This document shows, piece by piece, positions 39,135-54,100 of a DNA stretch of 64,000 bases; the stretch's first letter is position 1, and every line of letters starts with the position of its first letter. The translations under genes and the position numbers were made by a program. The DNA is from Bugula neritina (lineage: Eukaryota; Animalia; Bryozoa), in the NCBI GenBank assembly GCA_964035545.1, contig OZ037766.1, forward strand, positions 17,757,081-17,821,080. The letters are read 5' to 3'. Below the pieces are notes generated by a model. It was not told where the DNA came from. It worked only from the letters and a program-made list of their open reading frames with translations, and ran no database searches.

Positions 39135-42100
39135 ATGCATACTTCCACGATTTGTTTTTCTGTCGCTATTTTGTGGATAGGAGGTAAGTTCTTTCAAATT
39201 AATGTTCAAATTGTTATCAATTTTAGAAAGACATACTTTTTGTGTTTTTGATTTTCTATGTCAATAGGTTTTTGACCAGCAACCAAAATTTATAGATTTC
39301 CATCGCATTAATAAACAAGTTCACACATAATTCTATAAAACTATTGTAATGCACTTTTCATTGATTAGTAATGGTAATTGAAAAAAGATCTAGTATAAAT
39401 TGCATAATTGTACGTTTTATTATTTTGATAAATAATGTAAAAAAGTAGGCTTCTGCACATTGATAATAAGAATTTTACAGTTTTGCTTTAAGCAAAAAAC
39501 CAGTTTTAACCGAGAGACTCATTTAGCCAATAAGATCTTATGTGATATTTAGGATTTTTCAGAGTTTCTCATTTTGAAATAAATACTTAGCATATTACGA
39601 GCTCATATCAATGCATGTCCACTATTGCAATTAACAAAAATGTTTAGCTCTACTGTATGCAACATATTTTATAGTATATGCAACTTTAAGGTGAGTTACC
39701 AGAAAAGGTATAATTCAAAGGTAAAACTTGCAGCTGTGTTTAAAAGGTTTTGTTAGTGCTTTGAGCATCTTTCAATAAGTTTTGATAATATAGATGAAGT
39801 ATCATGTTGTAGGAAGCTGGGCAGTCAGTATTTATGACTGTGATTTTGAAACCAGTTTTTGCAACTGGACACCACACAGCTCATATTGGAATTTTGAGTG
39901 GAAACGAAGACAAGGGGGTACGCCATCACGTGCAACTGGACCTGCAACAGATGCTTCAGGCCAACAAGCTGGTAAATTTTGTTTTCAAAAGCTGAGTATT
40001 GCAGTTAAAACATTTATATCACACTGTATGTCTGTAATTGTGCATATACCAAAGTTCTACCAAACGCTTTCTGATCATTGCAAAATTTATAAAATGCAAA
40101 ATCTAGCTATTAAGTTTTTCTTATTGCCCTTAAATATTTTGTTTCTCAATCTATATTTTCTCGCTGGAATTTAGGCTGACTGAACTTATATCATCATTTA
40201 TGTTGTTTTCAGATTCATTTCTTTTTTATTTCCTAAACATCTATAAAATTATATTCTTATGCCATATTAATTTTTGATCAGCTACAGTATTGAACATCTT
40301 AACTTTGTCTATTTATGCATATTCTGTAGGTCATTTCGTCAATGTGGCCATTTTAAAGGAGAAGACCGAGGCAAAAATGTCACTAACTTCTCCATCAATG
40401 GCTAGTTCAACAGTGAGCTCTAATTGCCAGCTTCATTTCTCCTATAGCATTTTTACAGGATATCCAAGTGCGTATTAAAATTGAAAATGATATTGTGATG
40501 TAACCCAATTTTGCAGTTTAGCTTAATAAATAACAGGATTGTGATGTAAATTGAAATGAATTAAATGTCTTGCAATAGAAGCTCTCACTAGCTATAAGCA
40601 TTAGTGATTGCATAAGTGCTTAGCATGTCTAAATGTATTTTCCAGGAAGTGTGTATAGATTACAAATATAATGTATAGTTGTAGTATCCTGAGAATATAC
40701 ACCGCACTGTTACCAGTATAATTATAAATAAACTTGCAATATTAATTTACTCTAGAGATATTATTATAGCTAAAAAACAAAAATACATAACCGAAATGTT
40801 GTACTTGAAAAAATTTGCAGTATATTATTTAATACAAATAGCTGTTATTTAAGCTAACTGCTAGTGCTTGGTAATTAATCTTTTTTACACATTTCTTTTG
40901 CTACCTCAGTTGTTGTACCATAATAAAATAAGAAAACAATTGCTGAAAGGCAAATATCTTTTTTGAATACAGGGTTTTGCATTAATCAGAAGGGAGACTC
41001 AATATGTCAACGGTTGAACACACCTCAAAACCGAGCTACCATGTGTGTTCCTGGTCATCAGTTTTACCAATACATGAAGACGAACTGCGCTAAAGTTTGT
41101 AGCATCCAATGCTGTAAGTGTTGCTATAATTTATATAAGTATTTTCAAACATCTTAATTGTTGTAAAATCAGAATAATTATGGTAGTCTCAGTACAAATT
41201 TTTATTTAAAGTAATTATTTCAACTACTTTTTTCCACAAATTTAGTATACTTTCTATAATGAGCACAATAAAATGATTGCATTTGAAATAGCTGTGTCAT
41301 TGTATGTCACATGCAAAACATTTCATGAGGGAAACATGTGACATCATTGTTATAATTCTTAATCATGATGTAATTCTGTATATAGCATGGTTTAGGCAAT
41401 GGGTCTGAGGTAAACATGCAGACAAAATTTTAAATGCAAAAAGAAAAATTTGCTTATGTAACCATGGTTACTATGTTACAAAGGTTATTGTCTCAAGAAA
41501 TTGCAATATTTAATTGGAAGCAATATTTCAATATTTTATCAGCAATCAAAAGTGTTTTAAATTGGCCAAAAATTGTCAAAAAATTGTAACCTACATTATT
41601 CAAAATTAAAATATTTGTTATTTCTATAAATTTGAAAGAAAAAATGGTGGAGGATGTTTAGATGGACAAAATATAATTGCAATACCACCCCCCCCCCCTC
41701 TTTCTTCTGCTTACCAAAAAAAGATAATCTTTTTCAGCATGTCAGTTGAGTTGTGATGCAGAGTAATGTATGGAATACTAAAATTGTATATATAAGATTA
41801 GTGAAAGTGTAAAAGTACAAGTATAAAGCAGTTTTAAAATAATCCAAGTGCTGGAATTGAACATGATATATATTTATAAATAATAAACAACTTTAATAGG
41901 TCTTTGAACTTCGGTATGTGTATTTTTTATTCAACTACCTCAAAGTCACAATGATACTATCTAACCAATGAGTTGGTCTAATGAGAGCAAGTTGAAAGCA
42001 TACAATGAAAGTCTGAAAGATGATTTTTTACTTATATGTTTAAACTTTAAATGCTAGGTTATGAAATTATACTTTATCTTATCATATATGTTTCCAGCTA

Positions 42101-45100
42101 AGTTAAAGGTCAAGGTTGATGGGCCCAAAGGCAGAGAGGAGTTTGCCATCAATGTTGTCAACAGTCAAACATGGACTGATGAAATAGTCACAATTCCTGA
42201 CAAGTATACAGGGCAGAGTATGGAGGTAAGTGTAATTGCTAGCAGCTTAATGGTTGCCCTATATTTTCAATCTTTAGATACCTTCATTTCTGAATGCAGT
42301 TGAGATTAGATAATTCAAATTTTAATTTTGATTTTCCTGAGTTGTAATTACAATTTAAAAAACAAATAAGATAGTTTGATAGTTATACTTATGTTATATA
42401 TTTTAAAATATGCAAGCTGCGCTCATTTTTATTTACTCTGTTTTTATTGATACCTAGTAACACAAAATGCAACAATTAATTAATTAATGGTAATTTGCAC
42501 TTTCAAGCTTATCATAATGGTACAAATTGCATGGTCGAGCCTTATGGTCAGCGTGTTTGATGGAGACAACAAAAGTTTAATCCACCATGAAATAATTTGG
42601 CTTCAGATTAACTGCAGGATAATGTTTGACAAAAATATTATTTTATAAAAACATTAAATCTGTCTATGTTGCAGAAATTCGATTATATAACTTTATAGTT
42701 TAATCTTTTTTAGATCACTATAGAGGCCCTCACTAGCTGGGATATATACTCGTATATTGCTGTAGATAACATCTACTTCACTGGCTGTAGTGAGTGCATA
42801 CAAAAATTATAGCTATAACTAAATGAAAGAACAAGTAATATAGTAACACAATTTATGCGGTTTAATTTGTAGTGAGACTTTGTAACATAATTTGAAAACT
42901 ATTGAGAGAGCTCTTCTTTGATCGCTATTTTAATAACTTTGATAACTTTGCTTTTTTTTGTCAGAGTTAGAAAATGTTCACATGACTCGAAAGTTTGTCA
43001 GCCATATCCAAATATAAACAAGAGTGCATGAGTAGAAGATTGAAAAAAATTGCCTTTTTCAGAGAGCAGCATTAGCAATTTTTACTTATGTGCTTGAATC
43101 ATTTTTATTTAGGTTTCTTTATAAAATGGTTTAATAAGTTTTTATACATCTACATTTCAAGAGTATTACCAAAATTAAACGTATATTAAATATAATTATT
43201 CTAATTCTTGATTAATTCTAGGGTTTTTAAGTGGAGTTTAGTAGCTGCTGAACTTTGCCTATTGACCCAAACATTGTTAACTTATAGGTTTACAATTAGG
43301 TATAACTTGAAAACTAAGTAAATTGTAAAGCGTGGATGTATGTAAATAAAGCCTAGTGACGCAGGATAAAACTGGGGAGATTCAGTGAGCTGAGTTAACT
43401 ACACTCAAACCTAAGGCATTTCATCCTTGCTGCACTCATTGTTTTTTGTTATTACAGCTATAATTATAATTTTTATAGCTGGTCTTTAATTGGCAAAAGT
43501 TTTCTTATTAAGTTATGCTATCATAATTACATTTTTAAGTTAAGGAGTACTTACTGTGTAAAAATTACTTTCATTAAAAAGCAATCTCAAGCAATATCTA
43601 ATAATAAATAAAAGTGAGCATTAAGGTGAATTGCTGTGTTTCTGACGAAAACACTGAGATTTTAGCTGGCACACATTTTTAAAAGAAACTGGTGACATTA
43701 ATTAAAATTTGCATTAATCACTAGGTTTTTAGCACCGGTAGACTCTGTCTAAGCACACAGTTAGTGAAGAAGTATTAAACAGAATTGCTTGTAAGCATGA
43801 AGTGTTATGGTGAAGGCTGAAATTGAACACAGAATTTTCTTAATAAAAATTAATCTGCTAAAAATATAAGAACTTTAATTTGAGTCTCTTTATTAACTGT
43901 CCTCTGTTTTTGTGTGATTTGTTTTATAACGCCCATTGAGCAGCTTTAAGTCTTGAACTACCAATTAATAAAACACAAGTTTCTGAACACAGTGATTAAA
44001 TGAACAAGTTCATGCATGAACTGCTTGCAGCATAATTTATATCTGTAATCTGCAAAAATCTGCAATATTAGCATATATTTCTTATTTGTGAATTTGTGGA
44101 AGTTAATTATAACACATTTATAACCTCTTTTATTTTCAAACACATCTAATCTAAATTACTATATGTTTTTAGATTTTCCAGATCCTAGTCAAACTACAAC
44201 TACACAGCCAACCACAACCCTGGCACTAACAACATCTACTGCAACACTAACCACAACTTCATCTACAGTTCCATTGAGTTTTATCAAACCAGGTAAAACT
44301 ACGTTATTTAAAAGTGCACAGCATAAATTAAAGTGATAATTGCAAATTTGCCTATTTCAGTAAGAGAATTTCGTGCGTAATGCGTAAATAAAGAATAGGC
44401 AGTCTATTCAAGTAATACTTACTATCATAGCTACTGTGTTTCAGTTTTTTAAATCAATATTGAATAGTAAATGAAGTGAGTCTTGAGCGGCATTTGTGGT
44501 AATTTAATTTCTGTTAAATTTTTGAAGTTAAGGGTTCAATTTTTTTCAAGTATAGTTCACTAGACCGTCCCATAAACTTTTCTCATTTATCTATAACTTT
44601 CTGAATTATTTGGCTAGTCAAACTTGTGTAGAGCACAGTGTATAACATAGTCACAATACTTCAAATATATTACATACTTTTTTGAATGGTCAATTGTCAA
44701 AGAAAAATAGTTTTAATAGCAAAAGTTAATTGAAAGGGAGCATGGGACATGACGTTGCCATTCATTGACTACTCTGTTTTCTGTTTCAGTATTCCGTGCA
44801 TAAATACTTGACTCAAATTTTTCCTACCTTGGATCTTTGGCCTAAAACAAAAAATAGTTTTTTTTTACAGATATGTATGATTGCGACTTTGAGCAGGGCT
44901 CTCTCTGTGGTTGGACAAGCCATTCATACTATTGGGACTGGGTTATTGGTAGCCAAGGAAGTTTAGCATTAGGAACTGGACCCTCTGTTGATGCTTCTGG
45001 TTCATCATCTGGTAAAACTTTCAACTCACTTAAATACTGCAGTACTGCGCACCACGTATAGATACTGCCTGAAATATAAATATTATTGGTATTTGGTATT

Positions 45101-48100
45101 TTAGGAAGTTTTGCTTTCATGTCTGTTACACAAAGAGGGAAAACAGAGCAAGCCACTCTCACATCTCCAATAATAAACCAGTTCACTTCCAGTTCAAATT
45201 GTCACCTTACCTTTAAGTACAGTACTTATTCTCCTACTTTCTGTAAGTCTACCATAACTTCGTTTCGGCATATGTAAAAATTGTAGTTTACCACTCAAAG
45301 GTGTTTCAAGAGCAAAATACTTTAGAGCGTGCACTATATAATCTCAAAAACCTAATTATTTGCGTTTAATGATATATCTGGAATTTTACTGCATAACCAT
45401 GACTATACCTATTTATATACTGATTAGCCTAATGCACCAGAGAAATATAAAGCGGATTAAGTTTTTAGCTTATATTTGCCTTATTTGCTATTTATCAATT
45501 CCAGATGCACATTTTACATTAAAAACTGATTTTAGAATAAAAAGCTTTATACTATATAATTGTTTCTCTATATTCATATTCAACGGATGCACGTTTGTTT
45601 AGTGAATTGCAAGAATGATCAGGGTGATTCAGCATGTAAAGCGTGGGAACAGACTCGAGAGACTACCTGTGTAAATTTTGCAAGTTACATGAAAAGAAAC
45701 TGCGCCAAAGTGTGTGGCTTTAATTGCCGTAAGTAGTACAACTTAATGGAAACCCCTTACATTAGAATAGTTTAGATTAATAATTACATTAAAAAAATTC
45801 TACTTTTGTTGCTAGCACAGATATTTCAAATATTTTAAGACTTGATTATCTAGTTGCAAATAGTTGTCATAGATGTAAAATAGGTAGCATAATTTTAGTC
45901 TAAATGTGCTGTCCACAACAATGCAAAACAGTATGTAGTCTTGTTTTAGATCATGACTTAAAATTCCTGAAACCGGTTTCATAGTACCTTTTATAATACT
46001 GAACAAATGTTATATTGTAACCATGAACAATTTGAAAATAGAAAGAAAACTTAAATGACATGGCAGAAAATTTTATAAAAAGCTTAAATTTGTTGATAGA
46101 TTACTTTAATACAGATTTACAAATTCTATAAAAATATTTCATCAAATGTGCCTCATTATAACCAATTTTTATAATAGTAACACACTAATAATGAAATAAA
46201 TTTCTAATATTCAAAATATGCATTAGCTTGCTATCAGCTACATGCAGTTATATTACTCAAAATTATTTTTAAATTATAGAAAATTTTAAAGTGTATGTAA
46301 CAAGTGACCTGCACAATCTTGGTAAACATGAGTTTCATGTGCCAGCACCAGGTGATGACAAATGGTACCCTGCTGATATCGATATAAGCATTTACACTCA
46401 AAAAGATTTTCAGGTATATTCACTATGTCTATGGCAGTTGCACATATCATACAAACTGTTATTTTTGTGTTCAGTCTACTTTTATGTATAAAAGCTTAGC
46501 ATAACACGACCATTACCTAATGTTTAAGATATCACATAATATATATGCATATGTAAACAACAAATAACTTTAGTTAATGGATGACATACTGCAAACTGAT
46601 TTTCTCACTTTTTAATATAACCCTTTACAAATAACTTTTTTAAACCTTTTGCCTTTTTGTTTAGTAAAATACACATCACAGTAAATAGCATTATTTTAAT
46701 TATATTCAGTTTCAAATTTTCTAAAGCCTATTAAAAATGTTATTGGTACCCAGTAAAACAACTAAAATTATGGAAGGCCAAATATTCAGAAATTCCCTCT
46801 ATCATTAAATCTCAAATGCTCACAATAAAGTATCTAGCCGTTATTTTTCTCATATGTTCGAAACATGCATTCATAAGTCTATAATTTTCTCTTAAGTCTA
46901 GAACTTGGTCTCATACTGTTATTATTCATTCCCATGCCCTCTTCTATGCTCATTGTTCAGTCTTGTAACTCGATTATGTCATCTCAGTACTCATATCATT
47001 TGCTCTGTTATAATCATTATTTACTATCCTATGGCTATTATAACCTCTCATACCCGTATTACAGTACTTGCTCTCACAGGCATTATTAATTCCCTTACCG
47101 TTATTCTGAAGCACCAGCATAATTAATTAATTAATAGTTAGTTAATTAATAGTAATATATCACCTATAATTAATGGTCCTTCCTTTATTTCAGTTAATAC
47201 CTAGTATATACTTCCTCACAAACCATAAAAAAATTTTATAAAGAGTTTTGCTATATACAGCAATTAGTAGTGTTGGGTCTACACAACTCTTTGTCATTTG
47301 ATAAATTCAAACTGACTGATTTAACAGATATGGCTTATCAAATTCAGTGACAATAAGAGACATTATTAAAAAGAAAATTTTTGTATTTTACAGCTTGTGC
47401 TACCTGCTACCAATGAGTTTACGGGATGCAATTTGCAATATGAACTGATAACTGCTGCCTGATTTAGGACTGCTATTATAGGCAGTTAAAAACTATGCAA
47501 AAGCAATTGTTTAATAAAGAATTATTTACTTGCAACCAAAAATAACTCTGGGATAAGCAAAGCACATCATTTTCAACTGTAGACTTACTGTATTATAAAT
47601 GGTCATGAGGAAGATCTAATTAGACAACCTCCAAATGTAGTCCAAATATTTTGAAGGTAAATGTTGCTTTGCTTGAGTAGAGCTGCAAATTGGGTACTTA
47701 TAGTTGGATAGTTTTAAAAGTTTATTAGATTATACTTCATTATCTTTAACAAAATTCACCAAGTAAAAACAGTAGTTTTCAAAAAGTGACTCAAACTGGC
47801 TAAAATGTACAAGATTAAAATTAGGATACTAATTTAGCTGCCACAATTCTGGTACAACCTGCATGCTTATTCACTCTCTTGATAAATGAAGAATAGCTAA
47901 CTAAACAGAGGCATACAACCAACAAATTGATATTAAAATTATTAATAAAAACTATTATACAATGAAGCAGAGCTTAGCCTATTTATCAGTAGCTAGTAAA
48001 CCTATAGACTGGTACATACTGAAATAATGCGACGTGCACACAAATACTGGTGCTTCAGAATAGGGGTACAAGAGCAAGTACTATAATAAGGGCATGGGAA

Positions 48101-51100
48101 GTTATAATAGCCATAAGTCATAGGGTAGTAAATAATGACTCTAAAAAAGCAAATAATAAAGGTATAAGAAAAAAGAATAGAGGTATGTGACTAAATAATG
48201 AGCATGGAAGAGAAAGAAATAAGGGTATGATAATTAACAATAACAGCGTGAGACTAAATAATATACATCAGAGTATGAATGATGTGAGTATGAGAGCAAA
48301 TTATAGACCTATGAAAGAATTTTGTGAGCATATGAATAGGAATAACAGCTAGATATTTTATCGTGAGCATATGAAATACAATAATGAGTAAATTTTTCAC
48401 CATTTGGCATTCTACATAAAGTAGTGTGTAATAACTATTTTTGTATAAAAAAGTACTAGTAACAAAAGATAAGCAGGGGAGAGTGGAGCTAGTTGAGCTA
48501 CAAAGCTATTTGAACCATATGCTTTAAACTTTTTCCTTTAAATCGTTGCACAATTTTACCTCCTTTATTTAAAAGCGCTTTAGGTGAATTACCAAACATA
48601 TGGAAATATATGGAATCAACGTAAAAGTTTTTAGGTGAGTGAGTGTTTTTTACACTTGTTGCGCATAAAATGAGCAAACTAAAATTTCAATTTTTTGTAA
48701 AAAACTGCATAGCTTCTCAAATTTCAATAGCACGATCAAATAAAGTCAGCTGCGCATTTTAAACATAATTTTAAAGCTGAGCAATATGACCTAAAATTGC
48801 AAAAATATCTCATCCAAAATAGATATTGGCTAGAATCTGTAGTGTGACAGTGTGGGGCTAGTAGACTCGCATTGGAAGTGCGGCAAGTTTAACTAGGTAC
48901 AACTTGCCTAACTAATTATTTTCACAATGTTCATTATACTTGTGCAGTTTGACTTCTACATTTAAGTTGATATTTTTCTTTATTACTTTTTTTCTGTCAT
49001 CAATATTTAAATCCAAAGATGCATTTAACATTAGAACAAATGAAAACGTAGGCCAACAGTGTATTTAAACTATTCTGCAAATTTTCTTAGAATGGTGCAA
49101 AATTACATACAGGAAACAAACAAGAGAACAGATAAAGAAAGCATAACTACTGTAATGAATATGGTAAAGCAGTGATGTAAATTATCTGCCATTGTTGAGA
49201 ATTCTCAGGCAGCCCTTTTAAGAAGTTGGTTATGCTCAACAATACCATGTATTTTCTGATGTCGTATGAAAGGATCCACTTCATATCTGCAAAGCTTGTT
49301 TAAATATAAATTACAAAAGACAACTTTCAAAAGCATTCTTACCAGTTTGCTGCTACTGCTTGGCTTTTAAATATTCTTCTGCATCGGCGATCTTTGAGAA
49401 GTTAAATGAGTGTTATTATAGTTTTATGCAGTAAAACTACTAAATTGCTGGTTATGCCTATGTTGTAAAGCTAGAACATACTTTTTGCACGTTTAAGAAA
49501 GAGAACTGGAATTGTAATCCGCGAGAGAATAAACTATATTTACTCTACTTTACAATTACAATTACATCGGGATAAAAGTCAATAACAATTATACAAGCTA
49601 TACATTAGTAATCACATTAGTGACCCTACTTGGCAAGTGTCACTGGGCGTACAAAATGTTTTGCTTTTAAAGAAGAGCTTTATGCTAATTGGCCCTTTAG
49701 GTTTCAGATCGCAGCATAGGCTGCAAAGTGCTTTCACAGCATTTCAGAGTGCTGTCGAGGCTTTAGGAAATTGCCATAATATAAATTGTCCACAATACAA
49801 TGCTGCTTAATGACTAACTCGTGGACTAGGTTTAAAGTAGGATGTGGGGAAGGGGGGTAGCACGACATGTCTCATAGCCATCACATGAAGTCATTTGTTT
49901 ATGCCATTTCAGTTTTTATGTTTTTTATTGGTAATCTTTAATAACTGTTTTTCAGCTTGAAAAACAGTTAAAACATTTTTGACACTGGTTCAACTTGCTC
50001 ATTGGGGGGGGGGGGAGAAATTCATTGTACCAACAAAGTTACGGGCAACAATTTGGCTATCTTAATGAGTGAAGCTTTTATGCATTTTGTTTGAAAAAAA
50101 CAGCAATATGTGACCATCTTTCAAAACCTATGTGTTAAAAAGTGCAATTTTTGGTTCAACTAGAGCTCCATCATCACCTATATTATTTTTTAAAAATATA
50201 ATGAAAATAAAAACACATGCCATTATTAAAATTTTATGTGGTGAGTGTAGCTTGACACTATTTCTATATACAGGTGGTATTTGAAGGAATTAGCGGATTA
50301 GACATACACTCATATATTGCTGTTGATAACATAAGGTTTGTCGGGTGTGGTAAGTATACTGCTCTTTTCTCTTAGAATGAGAGTATTTATAACTTTTTTA
50401 TTTTATTACCTTCTAATTATAAAAGTGATTTCCCTACATTTCTTTACTTTTGCACTTTTCAAGTCTATGTAAAATTAAAGACAGTAACATGAACATCTTG
50501 CTAAGTATTAACTACCTGGTGTCAACGGCATACAATCTGCTATAAAAATTATAAAACCAGTAACAGGATCAACGAAATTGTTTAGGTTGCACAAGAAAGT
50601 TTACTCATTAGTCTAGGAGCAATCTCCAAAAAGGGCCCCTTTTTATCATTGTAGTTAACTGTGATTGGGCAGGACCTCTACCACATAGTAGGGTCCAACA
50701 AACTTGGGATGAGTTTTAGCCGACTGTCTGCGATGCCTACAATGACTGACCATCTAAACCCAGTCCCCTACTAAAGGGTGGGGGGTTCCTTAGAGTTTTC
50801 TGCCCACACCTTCTACTGATTTTCTTGTAGAATTTCATGAGTCATTTGTATTCCGTTGATCAGTTTCTTTACGTACTCATGTACAAGGGCCTCGTAGGCC
50901 GGAACATTGTATACCAGGTGCTCTGGAAGCCAGGTCTGGAAGCCAAGTCTCGAAGCCGAGCATCAGGAGGTTCGGGGTCTCTTGAGTAATGAAGTGCGGT
51001 GTGCTGTAGTATGCCCACATGATTTGTGGCAGCACCCATTCTATTCCTCCTGACCCTGTCTAGGAGAAGGCTTCTCAGGGCATCACCCAACAATCTGTTG

Positions 51101-54100
51101 TTTCACTTCACGACTCCATTCTCTTGCAGGTCATATAGGGTTGTCCAACTCTGACTCACTCCCCATATCCGGCCTAGGTCATTCATTAGCTTAAACTAAA
51201 ACTGGGCACCCTGGTCTATATAGATTTGCTCTGGTAGCCTGAAAAAAAACATACATTGGTTCAGGACATGAACCACCGTGGGAACTGACGCGTCTAGAAC
51301 AGCCAGGACATCTGCGCTCTGGATGAGGTGGTCCGTGATCACTAGAATGTAGGTGTTCCTTCTAGCAGATAACGGCATAGGTCTGAATACGTCCACCACT
51401 ACTATTATTTGTCATGGCTGACTAGCGCCAATTAGTTGTTTGCGTTTGACGGCCATGCTTACTAGCCTGGCAGACCTTGCACTACCGTATCTGCAATCAC
51501 ACATCCCTAGTCAGTCCAGGCCAATACTACCGCAGCTGCAGACATCTGGTTGCCAAACTGGCTCTAGAATGGGCCTGCTTATGAATGTCTCAGATCAACT
51601 CTTCTCTGAAAGCAATTTTACAGACCACCTGCTTCCTCTCTTGGTGTCAGCTGGCAGTGATATGATCAACAGGCATTTCTCGTTGATCCTGAGGGAATCC
51701 TAGCAGCGAAAGAAATACTGGAACTCAGCGTCTTCCTGTTACTGCTGCTTTTTGTTTGGTTATCTTTCATCCTTCTTGACCTGGAAACTGTCTGCTACCG
51801 CGCGCCGCACAAGATGGATAAGGGCAACTTCTCAGGTATAACTGCCTTGCTGAGGCCACATTATTAGTATATAAGAATTCAGTCTCGCCAAATAAAGTCT
51901 CACCTAATTGTGTTAGAATAAAATTTTAAAAACTCTGTTGCAGATCTTGCTTTTCCTATTGAGTAAATTTTTTTAGAATTTTCAATATTGATTTTTTTTA
52001 AAAGTTATAGACAAAAAAATGCCTATTTTTGGCCAATTTTGTCAGAAAAGTTGATTTTTAGTTCCCACCAAGTATCTCAACAGGAAAGCATGGTATAAAA
52101 AAAGCGCTGTTGGAATCCTGACAAATTTCTGCAGAGTAAATATTTCTATTTTTCCAATAGATTTAATAGATTTTCTATAAACTTCTAATTTATACACTAA
52201 AAATGTGATGTTTTTTTTGTAAATAATCAATATTGCGTAGCACTTCGCACTTCAGTAAACACATAGAGATGAGAAGATACTGATGCACATATTACTAATT
52301 ACAGGCTTGCTAGTTGACAGGCTAGTGAATAGCTTGGTGTCTACTTTGTTTATGAAGCACCCGTAATAGAATGTTGATAGATGGTACAGCCTAAATTGAG
52401 ATTGCTGTTTATTGGTTGTAGTTTAATCTTGGGCTAAACAATCGTGAGCAAGCAACGCACATGCCACCCAAAGAACAATGCTATAGCCGGGTCATTGCGC
52501 TTCAACTCAACAAATAGCCTATGCCTTTGTGTCTCAGATTTTGTTCGTATTTACACCAGTTAGCCCGAAACATGTCTTGAGTACTATGGTTGAATATTTT
52601 TGGCCTGGCACGAAAAAGTTTTGAGAAATGATTATTTCCGTGAGCAAAGGTTGGGAAAAATTTGCAAGAAGATTTTTGATTTTTACTTTTAGACCAATCT
52701 ATAAATGTCTATATCTCAATCACTTTTTTAGACTGAGCCTTAAAATTTGCTGTGTGATTTTATAACATTCATCAATTTGCACTAGTAATAACACATACTA
52801 CAAAATTTTGTGTGTGCACGTATGCTAAGTCTTTGAATATTGACAATTTTTTGTAAATTTTAAAATTTTTGAATATTCGCCACATCATAAAAGGCATTTA
52901 TTTTTATTTTACTTTCATAAATTTTTATCCATAAATACTTGATTATAATGGCTTTATACTACTCAGTTTGTGTAATTTTAAAAATAATATTTTTTGAGAT
53001 ATAGACACTCAAAGTGAAGAAAATGTGAAAATTTGCCCAACTTGACAAAGATGTAACCCATTGTTTGAATACAGTAAAATCTTTTAAACAAGCATTTTCT
53101 GTAAGGTTATTTAGTTTATTTTGTAGATTCATAAATTTGAACATCCTTATATTGTCCAAACTTAACAAATATCACATGGGAAAATGGTATGCGTACAAAA
53201 ATCGACAAATTGCAATTTTTCAATATATGTTGAGATCATACATTTTTTATCATTCATATTGGTCAAAATATCAAGTAGATACATATATATATTATTCTTA
53301 TATATGTCAAATCTACTGAAAGTTACAATGAAATCTTATTTGTGTGTAATATTGGAAAGAAAATCTGCCGATTGGCATTACATGATATTCCCATTAAGTT
53401 TCAGCTAGCAATTGTTATTTCCGTGAGTGAATAGTGTGAAACAGCTGAAATCTTGATAAAATCAAGTTCATTAAGTAGCTGAGGCAAGGGTGGCTTCCAA
53501 ACCATACTCAAATATAACACCATGGCCCTGAACACAATAGGCCAAATTTGGTCGATGAGGGGGGTTAATGCATGCTGGAAACAATTGTAGCTTTTGAAAC
53601 AGATCGTGTCTAAATATAGCAGAATGGTTCTAGCCTCACCTTAATTAGGTCAGTAATTTGCCCTGAGCCTAGTATAATATTCATTATCTTGAAAAAACCT
53701 ATACAACTTTTTCTTTTAAATGTAGAGATAATGGTCTTCCAACTTTAGCATCTGGTTCATAAAGGATTCCCTTTGAAATTTTCTGGCTTGCTGGGCTAGG
53801 AAATTGTTTGCCCCAAACTCTGTGGCTGTTCTATTCATGGTCCAGCTTTCCATGCTAATGTCAATAACTGAACCTTCTCTATTCGCAAGGAAACTTTCAC
53901 ATCCTTATTAAAGGAACATAATAATTTGTTCAAATCTTCATTATTACTAGGCTTTATACAGGCATTTGTTGCTTCTGGGTAGAGTTCATCTTTATTTATA
54001 CCCAAGACTGTGTCCACCTTCTCAGTAATGACCTCCTTCACTTTCTTCAGTTTTCTTTTACCAGAGCTCACTTTATTGGATGAGCTGATTTTTGCAGCTT

